Below are positions 20,989 through 34,291 of a stretch of DNA of 64,000 bases, piece by piece. Position 1 is the first letter of the stretch, and each line of letters begins with the position of its first letter. This stretch comes from an uncultured Acidimicrobiia bacterium (lineage in GTDB: Bacteria > Actinomycetota > Acidimicrobiia > Acidimicrobiales > AC-14), in NCBI GenBank assembly GCA_963836205.1, contig CAWIIV010000011.1, forward strand, positions 135,903 through 199,902, in the 5' to 3' direction. Position numbers and translations under genes: made by a program. Below the pieces are notes generated by a model. The model worked only from the letters and a program-made list of their open reading frames with translations, was not told the origin of the DNA and made no database searches.

Positions 20989-22521
20989 ATGCTTCTGACC
21001 GCAGCCATCTTCCTGCCGGTGATCGGCGCTGCCCTGCTGGGGGTGATTCCGGGGAAGCAGGAGAAAGCGCTCAAGGCGGCGGCCCTGCTGACCACGCTGG
21101 CCACGCTGGTGCTGGGGGTGTTCATCACCGTCGGGTTCGACTTCGGGCGCTCGGGCGCCATGCAGTTCACCGCCGACGAGCGGTGGATCGACGTGATCAA
21201 CAGCCGCTACCACATCGGCATCGACGGCATCTCGCTCCCTCTGCTCCTCCTGTCGATGGTGATCACGCTCCTGTGCGTCATCTACTCCTGGGACCACTTC
21301 CCCGAGCCCAAGAACCCCAAGGCCTTCCTGATCCTCATGCTCCTGCTGGAGACGGGGATGAACGGCACCTTCGCGGCCCAGGACCTGATCCTGTTCTTCG
21401 TCTTCTTCGAGCTGGTCCTGCTGCCCATGTACTTCATGATCGGCGTGTGGGGCGGGCCCAACCGGCAGTACGCGGCGATCAAGTTCTTCCTGTTCACCCT
21501 GTTCGGGTCGGCCCTGATGATCCTGGGCTTCCTCGCCCTCTACTTCAAGGGCGGCAACACCTTCGACATCCCCGAGCTCATGGCGTCGGGACCCGACATC
21601 GCCCGCAGCACCCAGATGCTCATCTTCGGCGGACTGTTCATGGGCTTCGCCATCAAGGTGCCGATGTTCCCGTTCCACACCTGGCTCCCCGACGCCCATA
21701 CCGAGGCCCCCACCGTGGGCTCGGTGATCCTGGCCGCGGTCCTCCTGAAGCTGGGCGTGTACGGCTTCATCCGCATCGCCATCCCGATCCTCCCCGAGGC
21801 GGCCCGGGCGTGGGCCCCCTGGATCGGTGGGCTGGCTGTCATCGGCATCATCTACGGCGCCCTCGGGTGCCTGGCCCAGAAGGACATGAAACGGCTCATC
21901 GCCTTCTCGTCGGTGGCCCACATGGGCTTCGTGATGCTGGGCGTGGCCACCCTCACCAACTTCGGGATCAACGCCGCCGTCTTCGGGATGGTGGCCCACG
22001 GCCTCATCACCGGGATGCTGTTCTTCATCGCGGGCTCGATCCAGGAGCGGTTCGGCACCCGGGAGATCGCCCGCCTCGGGGGCCTGCTGACCCAGGCGCC
22101 CCACCTGGGCTGGATCCTCGGCTTCTGCGTCTTCGCGTCCCTGGGCCTTCCCGGCCTGGCCGGGTTCTGGGGTGAGTTCCCCGCCATCCTGGCCGCCTAC
22201 GAGCCGGCTGCCGGCCTCAACGAGGGCCTGTTCCGGGCCTACATGGTGATCGCCGCCATCGGCACTGTCTTCGCCGCCGGCTACCTGCTGTGGATGCTCC
22301 AGCGGGTCGCGTTCGGGACGGCGCAGACCGAGTTCGAGCACTCCCACATCCACGACGTCCACGGTCCGGAGTGGATCGCGTGGACGCCCCTGCTCATCGG
22401 CATCCTCGTCTTCGGGATCTTCCCCCACCTGATCTTCGACGTCACCGACTCGGCCGTGAACGCCATCGCCGCCGGCGTCGGCGGCGCGGCCCAGGCCGCG
22501 GCCGTGGTGGCGCATCCGTGA
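20989..22521 (+). CDS. nuoM: Complex I subunit M (second cluster)
   Basis: HTWLPDAHTEAPT, LLKLGVYG. Confidence 0.95.
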   Translation: MLLTAAIFLPVIGAALLGVIPGKQEKALKAAALLTTLATLVLGVFITVGFDFGRSGAMQFTADERWIDVINSRYHIGIDGISLPLLLLSMVITLLCVIYSWDHFPEPKNPKAFLILMLLLETGMNGTFAAQDLILFFVFFELVLLPMYFMIGVWGGPNRQYAAIKFFLFTLFGSALMILGFLALYFKGGNTFDIPELMASGPDIARSTQMLIFGGLFMGFAIKVPMFPFHTWLPDAHTEAPTVGSVILAAVLLKLGVYGFIRIAIPILPEAARAWAPWIGGLAVIGIIYGALGCLAQKDMKRLIAFSSVAHMGFVMLGVATLTNFGINAAVFGMVAHGLITGMLFFIAGSIQERFGTREIARLGGLLTQAPHLGWILGFCVFASLGLPGLAGFWGEFPAILAAYEPAAGLNEGLFRAYMVIAAIGTVFAAGYLLWMLQRVAFGTAQTEFEHSHIHDVHGPEWIAWTPLLIGILVFGIFPHLIFDVTDSAVNAIAAGVGGAAQAAAVVAHP

Positions 22522-24029
22522 CGCTTCTGGCCCAAGTGGCCCAGGGCGGTTTCACCGCGCCCAGCCTCGACTACCACGCGCTGGCGCCGGAGATCGTCCT
22601 CAGCGTGGTGCTGGCGGCGGTGCTGGTGGCCGACCTGGTGCTCGACGAGACCAAGAAGTGGGTCATCCCCAGCATCGCCAGCTTCGGCCTGCTGGCCACC
22701 TTCGTCCCCATCGTCACCCTCGCCCTCTACGGGGACGACGTGCGGTCGATGGTGGGCGGGGCCTACGTGGTCGACAACTTCGCCCTCGTGCTCAAGGCCC
22801 TGTTCATCGGCGTCGGCTACGTCGTGCTGCTGATGTCGAACACCTACATCGAGGAAGGCGACTACTACGAGGGGGAGTACTACTTCCTCCTGCTGGCCTC
22901 GATCATGGGAATGATCGTGATGGCGTCGTCGCGCGACCTCATCACCATCTTCGTGGCCCTGGAGACGCTGTCGATCCCCGCCTACATCCTGGCCGGCTGG
23001 CGCAAGCGCGACCTCAAGAGCAACGAGGCCTCGCTCAAGTACTACCTGCTCGGGGTGCTGGCGTCGGCGGTGATGCTCTACGGGATGTCGCTCATCTACG
23101 GGTACACGGGCACGACGATCCTCACCGACATCGGGGCCCAGCTGCAGGGCGACGCCGCCCACAACCCGCTGGTCACCTTCGCCATCCTGTTCGTCATCAT
23201 CGGCTTCGCCTTCAAGGTGTCGGCGGTGCCGTTCCACTCGTGGGCGCCCGACACCTACGAGGGGGCACCCACGCCCGTCACCGCGTTCCTGTCGGTGGCG
23301 TCGAAGACGGGTGGCTTCGTCGCCCTCTTCCAGCTGGTCTTCATCGGGTTCTTCGGGCGCGACGACGTGTGGGGCCCGCTGTTCGGCGTGCTGGCGGTGC
23401 TCACCATGACCGTCGGCAACCTGGTGGCCCTGCGCCAGACCAACGTGGTCCGGCTGCTGGCCTACTCGTCGATCGCCCAGGCCGGCTACATCCTCGTCCC
23501 GCTGGCGATCGCCGGCACCAGCGCCGATGCCGCCGACAGCGCCCTCACCGCGTCGATCGTCTACCTGCTCGTCTACGCGGCCATGAACCTGGGCGCCTTC
23601 GCCGTCGTGCTGGCCGTGGCCCGCAAGACCCGGTCGGGCGAGATCTCGTCGTTCGGCGGGCTGTTCGAGTACGCCCCCGGGCTGGCCGTGCTCATGACGA
23701 TCTTCCTGTTCTCGCTGGCCGGCATCCCGCCGCTGGCGGGGGCGTGGGCCAAGATCTTCATGTTCCGGGCCGTCCTCGACGCCGGCACGAGCTGGGCGGT
23801 GGCCCTCGGCGTGGCCGCGGCCGTCAACTCGGTGATCGCCCTCTTCTACTACGCCAACATCGCCCGCCAGATGTGGATGAGCCCGGTGCCCGACGGCGAC
23901 CGCACGCCGATCACGGTGCCCACGCCGCTGGTGACCGCCCTCGGGATCACGGTGGTCGTGGTGGTCGTCGTCGGGATCTACCCGCAGCTGTTCGGGCGCT
24001 TCGGCGACCTGGCATCGCTGGTGAAGTAG
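22518..24029 (+). CDS. nuoN: Complex I subunit N (second cluster)
   Basis: GTGA overlap; FKVSAVPFHSWAPDTYEGAPTP. Confidence 0.95.
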   Translation: MTLLAQVAQGGFTAPSLDYHALAPEIVLSVVLAAVLVADLVLDETKKWVIPSIASFGLLATFVPIVTLALYGDDVRSMVGGAYVVDNFALVLKALFIGVGYVVLLMSNTYIEEGDYYEGEYYFLLLASIMGMIVMASSRDLITIFVALETLSIPAYILAGWRKRDLKSNEASLKYYLLGVLASAVMLYGMSLIYGYTGTTILTDIGAQLQGDAAHNPLVTFAILFVIIGFAFKVSAVPFHSWAPDTYEGAPTPVTAFLSVASKTGGFVALFQLVFIGFFGRDDVWGPLFGVLAVLTMTVGNLVALRQTNVVRLLAYSSIAQAGYILVPLAIAGTSADAADSALTASIVYLLVYAAMNLGAFAVVLAVARKTRSGEISSFGGLFEYAPGLAVLMTIFLFSLAGIPPLAGAWAKIFMFRAVLDAGTSWAVALGVAAAVNSVIALFYYANIARQMWMSPVPDGDRTPITVPTPLVTALGITVVVVVVVGIYPQLFGRFGDLASLVK

Positions 24030-24085
24030 CCCGGGCCGTCGCCGCCCGGGCCGCCGCTTCCGGGGGGTGCCTGCGGTTCGACGAG

Positions 24086-25103
24086 GTGGTCGAGCTGGCC
24101 TTGTACGACCCCATGGCCGGGTTCTACTCGGGCGGCGGGGGGGCGGGCCGGGGCGGGGCCGACTTCATCACCAGTCCCGAGGTGGGGTCGCTGTTCGGGG
24201 CGGTGCTGGCCCGGGCGATCGAGTCGTGGTGGGACGGGCTGGGGCGTCCCGAGCCGTTCGCGGTGGTGGAGGCGGGGGCGGGCCGCGGCAGCCTGGCCGC
24301 GTCGATCCTGGCCGCGGGCTTGCCGCGGACGGTGCGGTACGTGGCCGTCGAGCGCTCGGGCGTGTTGCGGGCGGCGGCCGCGGCCCGGCTGGGCGACCGG
24401 GCCGACGTCGTCGTGGTCGGCGAGCTGCCGCCGGGTCCGTTCGACGGGATCGTCCTGGCCAACGAGCTCCTCGACAACCTCCCGTTCCGCCTCCTCCAGC
24501 GAACCGGTGACGGATTTGGGGGCCAGGACCCCGAGAATCGTCACCAGTTCGGGAAGGGGGATGGGTGGGCGGAGGTGTTCGTCGACGAGAACCTGGCCGA
24601 GGTGTTGCGGCCGGCGACGACCGAGCTGGCGCCCGACGCCGCACCCGGGGCCCGGATCCCGGTGCAGAACCAGGCCCGGGACTGGGTGGACGCGGCCATC
24701 GCCCGCCTCCGCCGGGGGCGGGTGGTGATCGTCGACTACGCCGACACCACCATCTCGATGGCGCACCGGCCGTGGACTGAGTGGGTCCGCACCTACCGGG
24801 GCCACGGCCGGGCCGGCCATCCCCTCGACGACCTGGGCACGGCCGACATCACCTGCGAGGTGGCCGTCGACCAGCTCCCACCGCCCGCCCGCGACCGGTC
24901 CCAGGCCGAGTTCCTGCGGGCCCACGGCCTCGACGACCTGGTCGACGCGGCCCGGCACGAGTGGCAGGCCCGGGCCCACATCGGCGACCTCCAAGCGCTC
25001 AAGGCCCGCAGCCGGGTGACCGAGGGCGCGGCCCTCACCGACCCGTCCGGTCTCGGTGCCTTCCGGGTCCTGGAATGGGAGGTGCCGGGTAGGCTCGACC
25101 ACC

Positions 25104-25111
<8 letters not shown>
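24086..25111 (+). CDS. NDUFAF7/MidA-like (DUF185) SAM-dependent methyltransferase; start uncertain (family-like sequence begins about 24030)
   Basis: [39 protein letters not shown] and DIT motifs. Confidence 0.85.
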
Positions 25112-27076
<1,965 letters not shown>

Positions 27077-27077
<1 letters not shown>

Positions 27078-27595
27078 TGGCACCCGACGACGACGACGAC
27101 GACGTCCCGTCCCACTGGGTGTGGCGGGACGGCCCGGTCGGCCCCCGCCCGGCGGTCATCTTCGACATCGACGGCGTCCTGTCCGACGCCACCGGCCGCC
27201 AGCACTTCCTCGACGACGACGCCTCGGGCAAGAAGAACTGGCGGGGGTTCTTCGACGCCTGCGGCGAGGACCCGTTGCTGGAGGACGTGGCCGCCCTGGT
27301 CGAGGTGATCGACCGGGACGTGGTGATCGTCCTCCTCACCGGCCGCCCCATGCGGGTGCAGCCCAACACCCTCGAATGGCTGAAGCGCAACCGCCTGCGA
27401 TGGGACCTCCTGGTGATGCGCAACGCCGGCAACTACCAGCACTCGCCCGAGTTCAAGCGCCTGACGGTGAAGGAGCTGCGGCAACGGGGGTACGAGATCA
27501 GGGTCTCGTTCGAGGACGATCTCCGCAACATCGAGATGTTCAAGTCCGAGGGCGTCCCCACCGTGTACATCCACTCCGGCTACTACGACACCTAG
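27077..27595 (+). CDS. HAD-superfamily phosphatase (polynucleotide-kinase phosphatase-like)
   Basis: FDIDGVL motif I, LTGRP motif II, FEDD motif IV. Confidence 0.8.
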
Positions 27596-30500
27596 AGGCA
27601 GCCCTCCCCCCCGGCGCCGGGGCCGGGACGCCGGCGACGGGGAGGGTCACCGTCATCTCGGTCCCCTCGCCGGGGCGGGATCGGATCGAGATGCGGCCGC
27701 CGTGCTCGTCGATGATCGCCTTGGTGATCGAGAGTCCGAGGCCCGTGCCGGGGACGGCAAGCTGCTGGGTGGCCGACGACCGGAAGAAGCGCTCGAAGAT
27801 GCGGGGCTGGTCGGCCAGGGGGATGCCCATGCCGGTGTCGGCCACCGTGAAGACGACCTCGTCGCGCTCGGCGTGCACGGTGACCCGCACCCGGCCGCCG
27901 TCGGGCGTGAACTTGACCGCGTTGGAGATCAGGTTGATCAGGACCCGGTCGAGCTGGTCGCGGTCGCCCTGGAGCACTCCGACATCGTCGGCGACGGCGA
28001 ACGAGACGTCGAGGTCGCGGCCGGCCCGGCCGGGTAGGACGGCCTGGAGCGCGCCCTCGACGAGCACGGCCACGTCGACCGGGCCCATCGACAGGCGGAA
28101 CGTCCCCGACTCCACCCGCGACATGATCAGCAGCTCCTCGATGAGGATGAGCAGGCGCTGGGCGTTGCGGTCGACGATGTCGAGGATGCGGCGCTGGTCG
28201 TCGCCCATGGTGCCGGCGGCGCCGTCGGTGAGCATCTCCAGGTAGCCGAGGATGCTGGTCAGGGGCGTGCGCAGCTCGTGGGAGACCGACGACAGGAAGT
28301 CGGTCTTGACCTTGTCCAGCTCCTGGAGCCGCTCCCGCATCTCCTGCTCCCGCCCGAGCGTGATCCGGAGGTCGCGTTCGGCGCGCTTGCGGTCGCTCAC
28401 GTCTCGGCTGTTGAGCACGACGCCGTTCACGCTGGGGTCGTCGACCAGGTTGGTGATGGCGGTCTCGACGTCGCGCCACGACCCGTCCCGGCGGCGGAGG
28501 CGGCACTCCACCAGGCAGGAGTCGTCGCCGTCGCGCACCAGCCCGGTGAGGGCGTCGAGCACCGCGGCCGCGTCCTGGGGATGGACCCACGCCGCGAGGG
28601 GCTGGCGCAATAACTCGTCGGCACGGAGGCCGAAGACCCGGGTCACGGCCGAGCTCTGGTAGACGATCCGGAGGTCGCGGTCGACGATGGTGATGACGTC
28701 GCTCGAGTTCTGGGCCAGCGACCGGAAGCGGGCCTCGGTGCCGGCCACGTGCTCCAGCGCTGCCCCCGCCAGCACGGCCACGAACTCGATGAGCTGCACC
28801 TCGTCGTCGCCGAAGAGGTCGGCGACCTGGCTGTGGGTGACGTAGAGGCAGGCGACGGCCCGGCCCTCGCTGTAGATCGGCGCGCACAGAGCCGAGCGCA
28901 GGCCGGAGAGCACCACGCTGTCGGCGGGATCGGCGGCCCCGGCCTCGGAGAGCACCACCGGTCGGCCGGTGTCGAGCGCCCGGCGGACGAGGGTGCGGCT
29001 CCACCCGTCGACGCTGCCGCTGCCGGTACCGGCCGACGCGTCGTCGACGTCGAGGACGAGCACTCGTTCGACGCGCAGCAGGGTGGTCGCCGCCTGGCGG
29101 ACGGCGGCGAAGACGGCGTCGGGCGAGGGGGCCGAGGCGATGTGACGGCCGACGTCGAGAAGGGTCGAGAAGCGGTCGGCCAACGACAGGCTGGCGGGGG
29201 TCGCCGGCGCGCGGGCCGGGCCCGGGTCGGGGCGGGCCACCGACGGCGGCAGGAGGGCGGCCACGGCGGCCTCGGCCGCAGCCACCGAGTCGACTCCGAC
29301 CGCGGCGGCCAACGGCCTCCGCTTCCGGCGGGCGGGGCGGGGCAGGCCGACGCGGGCGAGGGCCAACCGGCTGAGGGCGAGCTCGTAGCCGGCGGACTGG
29401 GCCTCCGCCGCGGCGAGGCTGCGTTGGAGGAGTCGTCGGGCCCGCCGGTCGTGGCCGCGGAGCGACGCCACCAGGGCCCGTTCCCGGAGGGCGTGGGGCG
29501 CGTTGTTCCGGTAGAAGCGGGCCACCCACCAGCCCCGGCGGGCCGTCGCCGCCGCCCGCCGCAGCACGGCTCGCCGACGTCCGGGTCGGTAGGGCGACAT
29601 GGCCTCGGCCTGGCTGCGCAGGGCGGTGGCCAGCCACGGCAGCACCGGGGCCACGTACTCCTGGCGCAGGCCGGCCCGTCTCACGATGGCGGCGGCCTTC
29701 TCCAGCACCGCCACCGCGCCGTCCGGGTCGCCCTGGCGCAGGAGGCGCACGCCCTCGGCCAGATGGATCTCGGCTGCGGTCTGGGCGTCGTCGTTGCGCT
29801 CCTCCAGCCGGGCCCCGATGAGCTCGGCCGGGACCTGCCCGCCCGACGCCCGCGACCACGCACTCAGGCTCTCGCCGACCGCGGTGTCGTCGCCGATGGC
29901 GCTGGCGGCGGTGTAGAGGTCCTCGGCCACCGCCACCGCCTCCGGCAGCTCCCCCAGCCGGTAGTGGGCGAAGGCGACGTGCCAGGCGGCGGTGTTGGCC
30001 TCCCACCGGTCGCCGGTCTGGTCGAGGAGGCGGATGGCCTCCCGGCAGCGCTCGATCGACTCCCGGTAGCGGGATGCGGCGTAGAGCACGACGCCGTAGA
30101 AGTTCAATGACTGGCCCTCGCCCCACAGGTCGCCCAGGTCGCGGCGGATGGCGAGTGACCTCCGGGCGTAGGCGATGCCCCGGCTGAACCACGGGACCAT
30201 CGTCATCACCGGGGCGTGCTCGGAGTAGGCCTGGGCCAGCTCGGGCGACGGCGGGTAGCGCTCGGCCAGGTTCATCTCCCGCAGGTGGGCCCAGGCGCAG
30301 GGGACCTTTCCCGTGCTGAACCAGTAGATGTAGGCCAGCCGGCTGTAGAGGCGGATGGCCAGGAACTCGCGGTCGGCCCCCTGCCGAGGGCGGCGGCCCA
30401 CGAACAGGCGGGGCAGGAGCGTGTGGGCCACCTGGACCACGACCTCGACGAGGAGGGCGGGCAGGTAGGCGAGGGCGCGGCGGGGCAGGCGCCGGTCGAG

Positions 30501-33017
30501 CTGGCGCACGGCCCGTTCGACGTGGGCCCGGGCCAGGCGCTGGTCCCCCCGGCGGAAGGCGACGTCGCCCAGCTTGCCGGCCAGGGTGGCCCGGGCGAAG
30601 TCGGTGTCGGCCAGGGCCAGGGCGACCTCCAGCTGGGCGGTGGCCTCCTCGTAGGCACCCTGGAGGGTGAGGACGTCGCCCAGGCCCTCCGCCACCGCGG
30701 CCCGGGTGGGGGCCTGGCCGGGCTCGGGGCAGGCGGCCAGCGCCATCCGGTAGTGGCTGGCGGCGACGTCGAGGGAGTGCTGGGCCCGGGCCCGCTCGGC
30801 TGCACGGATGGCATGGGGGAGTGCCCGCCGGCCCTCGCCGGCGGCGTCGAAGTGGTAGGCCAGCTCGAAGGCACGATCGGGCTCGTCGGCCTCGATCCGC
30901 TCGGCCGCCCGCAGGTGGAGCCGGCGCCGGTCGGCCGGATCGAGCCGGGCGAGGAGGGCCTCTCGCAGCTTGTCGTGGAGCAGCCGGGCCCGGCCCGCGG
31001 CCTCGTCGACCCAGACGATGCGCCGGCGGCTGGCCTCGGCCAGTCCCGCGGCCGCCTCGGCTGCGTCCTGCCGGCACAGCTCCGTTGCCAGGCGCAGGTC
31101 GAACTCCTTGCCCAGGACGGCGCCCACCGACAGCAGCTCCACCGTGGCCGGGGCCAGGAGCTCCAGCCGGCGGGTGAGGAAGAGGGCGGCCTGGCGCGAC
31201 GTCTGCACGTCGGCCAGCCGCTCTTCGTCGACGGCCCACCCGTCGGGCCGGTGGACGAGGGCACCGCTTTCCACCAGTCCCCGGAGCACGGCCGCGGCCA
31301 TGAACGGGCTGCCCTCGGACAGGGTCGCCACCGTCCGCAGGGCGTCCTCCGGCAGGGGTCCGGCCATCGACTCGGCCAGGCTGCGCACGCTTCCCGCTTC
31401 GAGCCGGGGAAGGGCGATGGCGGCGAGGGGTTGGACGGCTCGCAGCAGGTGGTCGGGCGATACCTCCTCGGTGCGGAAGGCGGCGATGACGAGGACGCGG
31501 CCACCCGGGGCGCCCCGGCCGCCGGCCCGCTCCTGCCAGTCGGCCAGCAGGCGGAGGGTGGGGACGTCGGCCCACTGGCAGTCGTCGAGGAGGACGACAG
31601 CGGGGGCGTCGGGCCGGGACGGCAGCCCCGCCACCTGGAGGGCGTCGAGGAGGGCGCCCAGGGCCTTGATGCTGCGGGTCTCGCCGTAGGCCTCGGGGCC
31701 GAGGTTGGCCGGGCCCGAGCCCTCGCCCCGCAGCACCGGGTCGAGGGCGGGAAGGGCGGCCACGACCGCCTCGGCCCGATCGCCAAGGGCGGCCCGGAGC
31801 CGGTCTGCCAACCCCGGCCGGTGGCGGCAGGCATCGACGATCCCGGAGACCACGCCTTCGAGGACCTGGAAGGGACGTCGGGCGGCCTCCTCCACGCCCT
31901 GGCCCCGGAGGATCCAGGCCTCCGGCTGCGCCTGCTGGGCGAGCTCGTCGAGCAGGCGGGACTTGCCTCCGCCCGACTCCGCCTCCAGCAGCACCAGCCC
32001 GCCCGCGCCTCCGGCCGCCGCCCGCACCAGGTCGGCCAGCGCCGCCAGCTCGGCCGTGCGGGCTACGAACGAGGGCTCGGTGAGGGCCTGGCGGCGGTCG
32101 TGGAGTCCCACGATCACCGGGGGCTCACGCACCCCCCGCCGCAGCCCGTCGGCGATGGCGGTGAGGTCGGCCACCGCCGCCGCGGCTGTCTGGTAGCGCT
32201 CGGCCGGGTCCTTGCGCAGGAGCCGCTGGACGACCGCGTCGAGGGCCTGGGGGACGTCGACCCCCAACGCCCGCAGCCGGGGCGGGGCCGCGCTCAGGTG
32301 CTGTTGGAGGACTGAACCCACGTCGGGCCCGACGAACGGGGGCTCGCCCGCGAGGCACTCGAAGAGCACGATCCCGGTGGAGTACAGGTCGGACCGCCCG
32401 TCGACCGGGCTGGGGAGGAGACCGGCCGCCTCGGGAGCGAGGTAGCGGACGGTGCCCACCCGCTCGTCCCGGAGGGCGGGAGCCAGTGACGAGCTGCGGG
32501 CGAAGCCGAAGTCGACGAGGACCGCCTCGCCGACCGGAGACCCCTCGCCGACGATGATGTTGGCCGGTTTCACGTCGCGGTGGAGAACTCCGTGGTCGTG
32601 GGCATGCTGGAGCACCGACAACACGTCGATCGCCACCTCGAGGCTGGCGGGCACCGAGAGCGGCCCCCGTGCCAGTCGCTCCTGGAGGGTGAGGCCGGCC
32701 ACGAGGGGCTGGACCAGGTAGACAAAGCCGTCCTCCCGGGCGAAGGCCACGGGCGCCCGCACCAACGGGGCCAGCCGGCGCAGGACATCGGCCTCGTGTT
32801 CGAGGCGGGCGACGACCCCGTCGGCCAGGTCGGCCACCGCCGCCCGCTTGAGGACGACGCCGCCGCCCCCCACCTCGGGGCCGGCCGGCTGGAGGTCGAC
32901 CGCGAGCCAGGTCTCGACCCCGTTCTGGGCCTTGATGCGCCGCTCGCAGCGAAACCGCTGGCCGAGCACCAACTGGCCGGACTCCAGCGGATCGGCGAGC
33001 GAACCGCGGCCACTCAT
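27540..33017 (-). CDS. Hybrid Ser/Thr kinase - AAA ATPase - TPR-like - GAF - PAS - histidine kinase
   Basis: HRDVKPAN, DFG, APE; ESGGGKS; LDDCQWAD; SALCAPI (GAF); WVHPQD (PAS); SHELRTPL, NAVKF, DTGMG, GTGLGL. Start uncertain (33017 or 33056). Confidence 0.9.
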   Translation of the reverse strand: MSGRGSLADPLESGQLVLGQRFRCERRIKAQNGVETWLAVDLQPAGPEVGGGGVVLKRAAVADLADGVVARLEHEADVLRRLAPLVRAPVAFAREDGFVYLVQPLVAGLTLQERLARGPLSVPASLEVAIDVLSVLQHAHDHGVLHRDVKPANIIVGEGSPVGEAVLVDFGFARSSSLAPALRDERVGTVRYLAPEAAGLLPSPVDGRSDLYSTGIVLFECLAGEPPFVGPDVGSVLQQHLSAAPPRLRALGVDVPQALDAVVQRLLRKDPAERYQTAAAAVADLTAIADGLRRGVREPPVIVGLHDRRQALTEPSFVARTAELAALADLVRAAAGGAGGLVLLEAESGGGKSRLLDELAQQAQPEAWILRGQGVEEAARRPFQVLEGVVSGIVDACRHRPGLADRLRAALGDRAEAVVAALPALDPVLRGEGSGPANLGPEAYGETRSIKALGALLDALQVAGLPSRPDAPAVVLLDDCQWADVPTLRLLADWQERAGGRGAPGGRVLVIAAFRTEEVSPDHLLRAVQPLAAIALPRLEAGSVRSLAESMAGPLPEDALRTVATLSEGSPFMAAAVLRGLVESGALVHRPDGWAVDEERLADVQTSRQAALFLTRRLELLAPATVELLSVGAVLGKEFDLRLATELCRQDAAEAAAGLAEASRRRIVWVDEAAGRARLLHDKLREALLARLDPADRRRLHLRAAERIEADEPDRAFELAYHFDAAGEGRRALPHAIRAAERARAQHSLDVAASHYRMALAACPEPGQAPTRAAVAEGLGDVLTLQGAYEEATAQLEVALALADTDFARATLAGKLGDVAFRRGDQRLARAHVERAVRQLDRRLPRRALAYLPALLVEVVVQVAHTLLPRLFVGRRPRQGADREFLAIRLYSRLAYIYWFSTGKVPCAWAHLREMNLAERYPPSPELAQAYSEHAPVMTMVPWFSRGIAYARRSLAIRRDLGDLWGEGQSLNFYGVVLYAASRYRESIERCREAIRLLDQTGDRWEANTAAWHVAFAHYRLGELPEAVAVAEDLYTAASAIGDDTAVGESLSAWSRASGGQVPAELIGARLEERNDDAQTAAEIHLAEGVRLLRQGDPDGAVAVLEKAAAIVRRAGLRQEYVAPVLPWLATALRSQAEAMSPYRPGRRRAVLRRAAATARRGWWVARFYRNNAPHALRERALVASLRGHDRRARRLLQRSLAAAEAQSAGYELALSRLALARVGLPRPARRKRRPLAAAVGVDSVAAAEAAVAALLPPSVARPDPGPARAPATPASLSLADRFSTLLDVGRHIASAPSPDAVFAAVRQAATTLLRVERVLVLDVDDASAGTGSGSVDGWSRTLVRRALDTGRPVVLSEAGAADPADSVVLSGLRSALCAPIYSEGRAVACLYVTHSQVADLFGDDEVQLIEFVAVLAGAALEHVAGTEARFRSLAQNSSDVITIVDRDLRIVYQSSAVTRVFGLRADELLRQPLAAWVHPQDAAAVLDALTGLVRDGDDSCLVECRLRRRDGSWRDVETAITNLVDDPSVNGVVLNSRDVSDRKRAERDLRITLGREQEMRERLQELDKVKTDFLSSVSHELRTPLTSILGYLEMLTDGAAGTMGDDQRRILDIVDRNAQRLLILIEELLIMSRVESGTFRLSMGPVDVAVLVEGALQAVLPGRAGRDLDVSFAVADDVGVLQGDRDQLDRVLINLISNAVKFTPDGGRVRVTVHAERDEVVFTVADTGMGIPLADQPRIFERFFRSSATQQLAVPGTGLGLSITKAIIDEHGGRISIRSRPGEGTEMTVTLPVAGVPAPAPGGRAASRCRSSRSGCTRWGRPRT

Positions 33018-33346
33018 CTGTTCCCTCCCGACACCGGACGACGACTCCTGCCGCATCGGCCGCGTCCGCCGCGGTCTGAAGTGAAAAGAGTCCTTCGGCC
33101 CGGTACGACGGGCGCGCCCGAGCCCGGGCCAGGTGGCCCGAGGGTGCCCGGCCACCGTCCGGGTCCAGCGACCGAGAGATCGACCAGACCCCCATCGTGC
33201 CGCGGCCGCCTCAGACATCTCTCCACGCCCGGACAAGTTTCGAGCAACAACTGTGCGCCGAGTGCGGCCGGGCCTCGCGCACGCGGAACGTCGGGCCATG
33301 TGAGAGCGTTGATCAGGTGGACCCGAATCGTCCACGAGGAGCAAAG

Positions 33347-34201
33347 GTGAGCAAGAACACAATCAAGACGTACACACTTCTGGCCGGGCTCGGCGGGCTC
33401 CTGGTCCTGATCGGGTCGTTCTTCGGACGGGGCGGCGCGGTCATCGGACTGGTGATCGGCCTCGTCTTCGTCGGCGCCTCCTACTGGTTCTCCGACAAGC
33501 TGGCCATCAAGTCGGCCCGGGCGGTCCCCGTCAGCGAGGCGGAGATGCCCGAGTACTACCGGATCGTCCGGGAGCTGACGTCCAAGGCCGGCATGCCCAT
33601 GCCCGCCCTTTACGTCACCCCCGACCTCCAGCCCAACGCCTTCGCCACCGGCCGTAACCCCCAGCACGCGGCGGTGGCCGTCACCCGGGGCATCCTCAAC
33701 ATCCTCACCTGGGACGAGCTGCGGGGTGTCCTGGCCCACGAGATCAGCCACGTGGGCAACCGCGACATCCTCATCGGGTCGGTGGCGGCGGCCGTCGCCA
33801 TGGGCATCACCTTCATCGCCCGCATGGCGATGTGGGGGGCCATGTTCGGCGGGGGTGGGCGCGACGACGACAGCCCCAACCCCATCGCCCTGATCGCCTT
33901 CAGCCTGCTGGCCCCGGTGGCGGCCATGGTGCTGCAGATGGCGCTCAGCCGCAGCCGGGAGTACGAGGCCGACCGCACCGGCGCCCGCCTCATCGGCGAC
34001 GGCGAGCCGCTGGCCCGGGCCCTGGCCAAGCTGGAGCAGGGGGCGCGCTCGGTCCCCATGAACGTCGACCCGGTGCAGGCCCAGAAGTACATCGTCAACC
34101 CCCTCACCGGGCGCAAAGTGCAGTTCGCCAACCTGTTCACCACCCACCCGCCCATGGAGGACCGCATCCGGCGCCTTCGCGAGGGCGACTGGCAGGGCTG
34201 A
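33347..34201 (+). CDS. htpX: Zinc metalloprotease HtpX (M48)
   Basis: [28 protein letters not shown]. Confidence 0.93.
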   Translation: MSKNTIKTYTLLAGLGGLLVLIGSFFGRGGAVIGLVIGLVFVGASYWFSDKLAIKSARAVPVSEAEMPEYYRIVRELTSKAGMPMPALYVTPDLQPNAFATGRNPQHAAVAVTRGILNILTWDELRGVLAHEISHVGNRDILIGSVAAAVAMGITFIARMAMWGAMFGGGGRDDDSPNPIALIAFSLLAPVAAMVLQMALSRSREYEADRTGARLIGDGEPLARALAKLEQGARSVPMNVDPVQAQKYIVNPLTGRKVQFANLFTTHPPMEDRIRRLREGDWQG

Positions 34202-34218
34202 GCGGCATCCCACCCCGG

Positions 34219-34236
34219 CTCCCCCGTACGGGGGAG
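34219..34236 (+). terminator. Short GC hairpin after htpX
   Basis: CTCCCCC-GTAC-GGGGGAG; no U tract. Confidence 0.4.
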
Positions 34237-34291
34237 GCTTGGGACGGGTAGCGGGCGGAAGCATAGGGACGTTCCGACCCGAGCCCGATTC

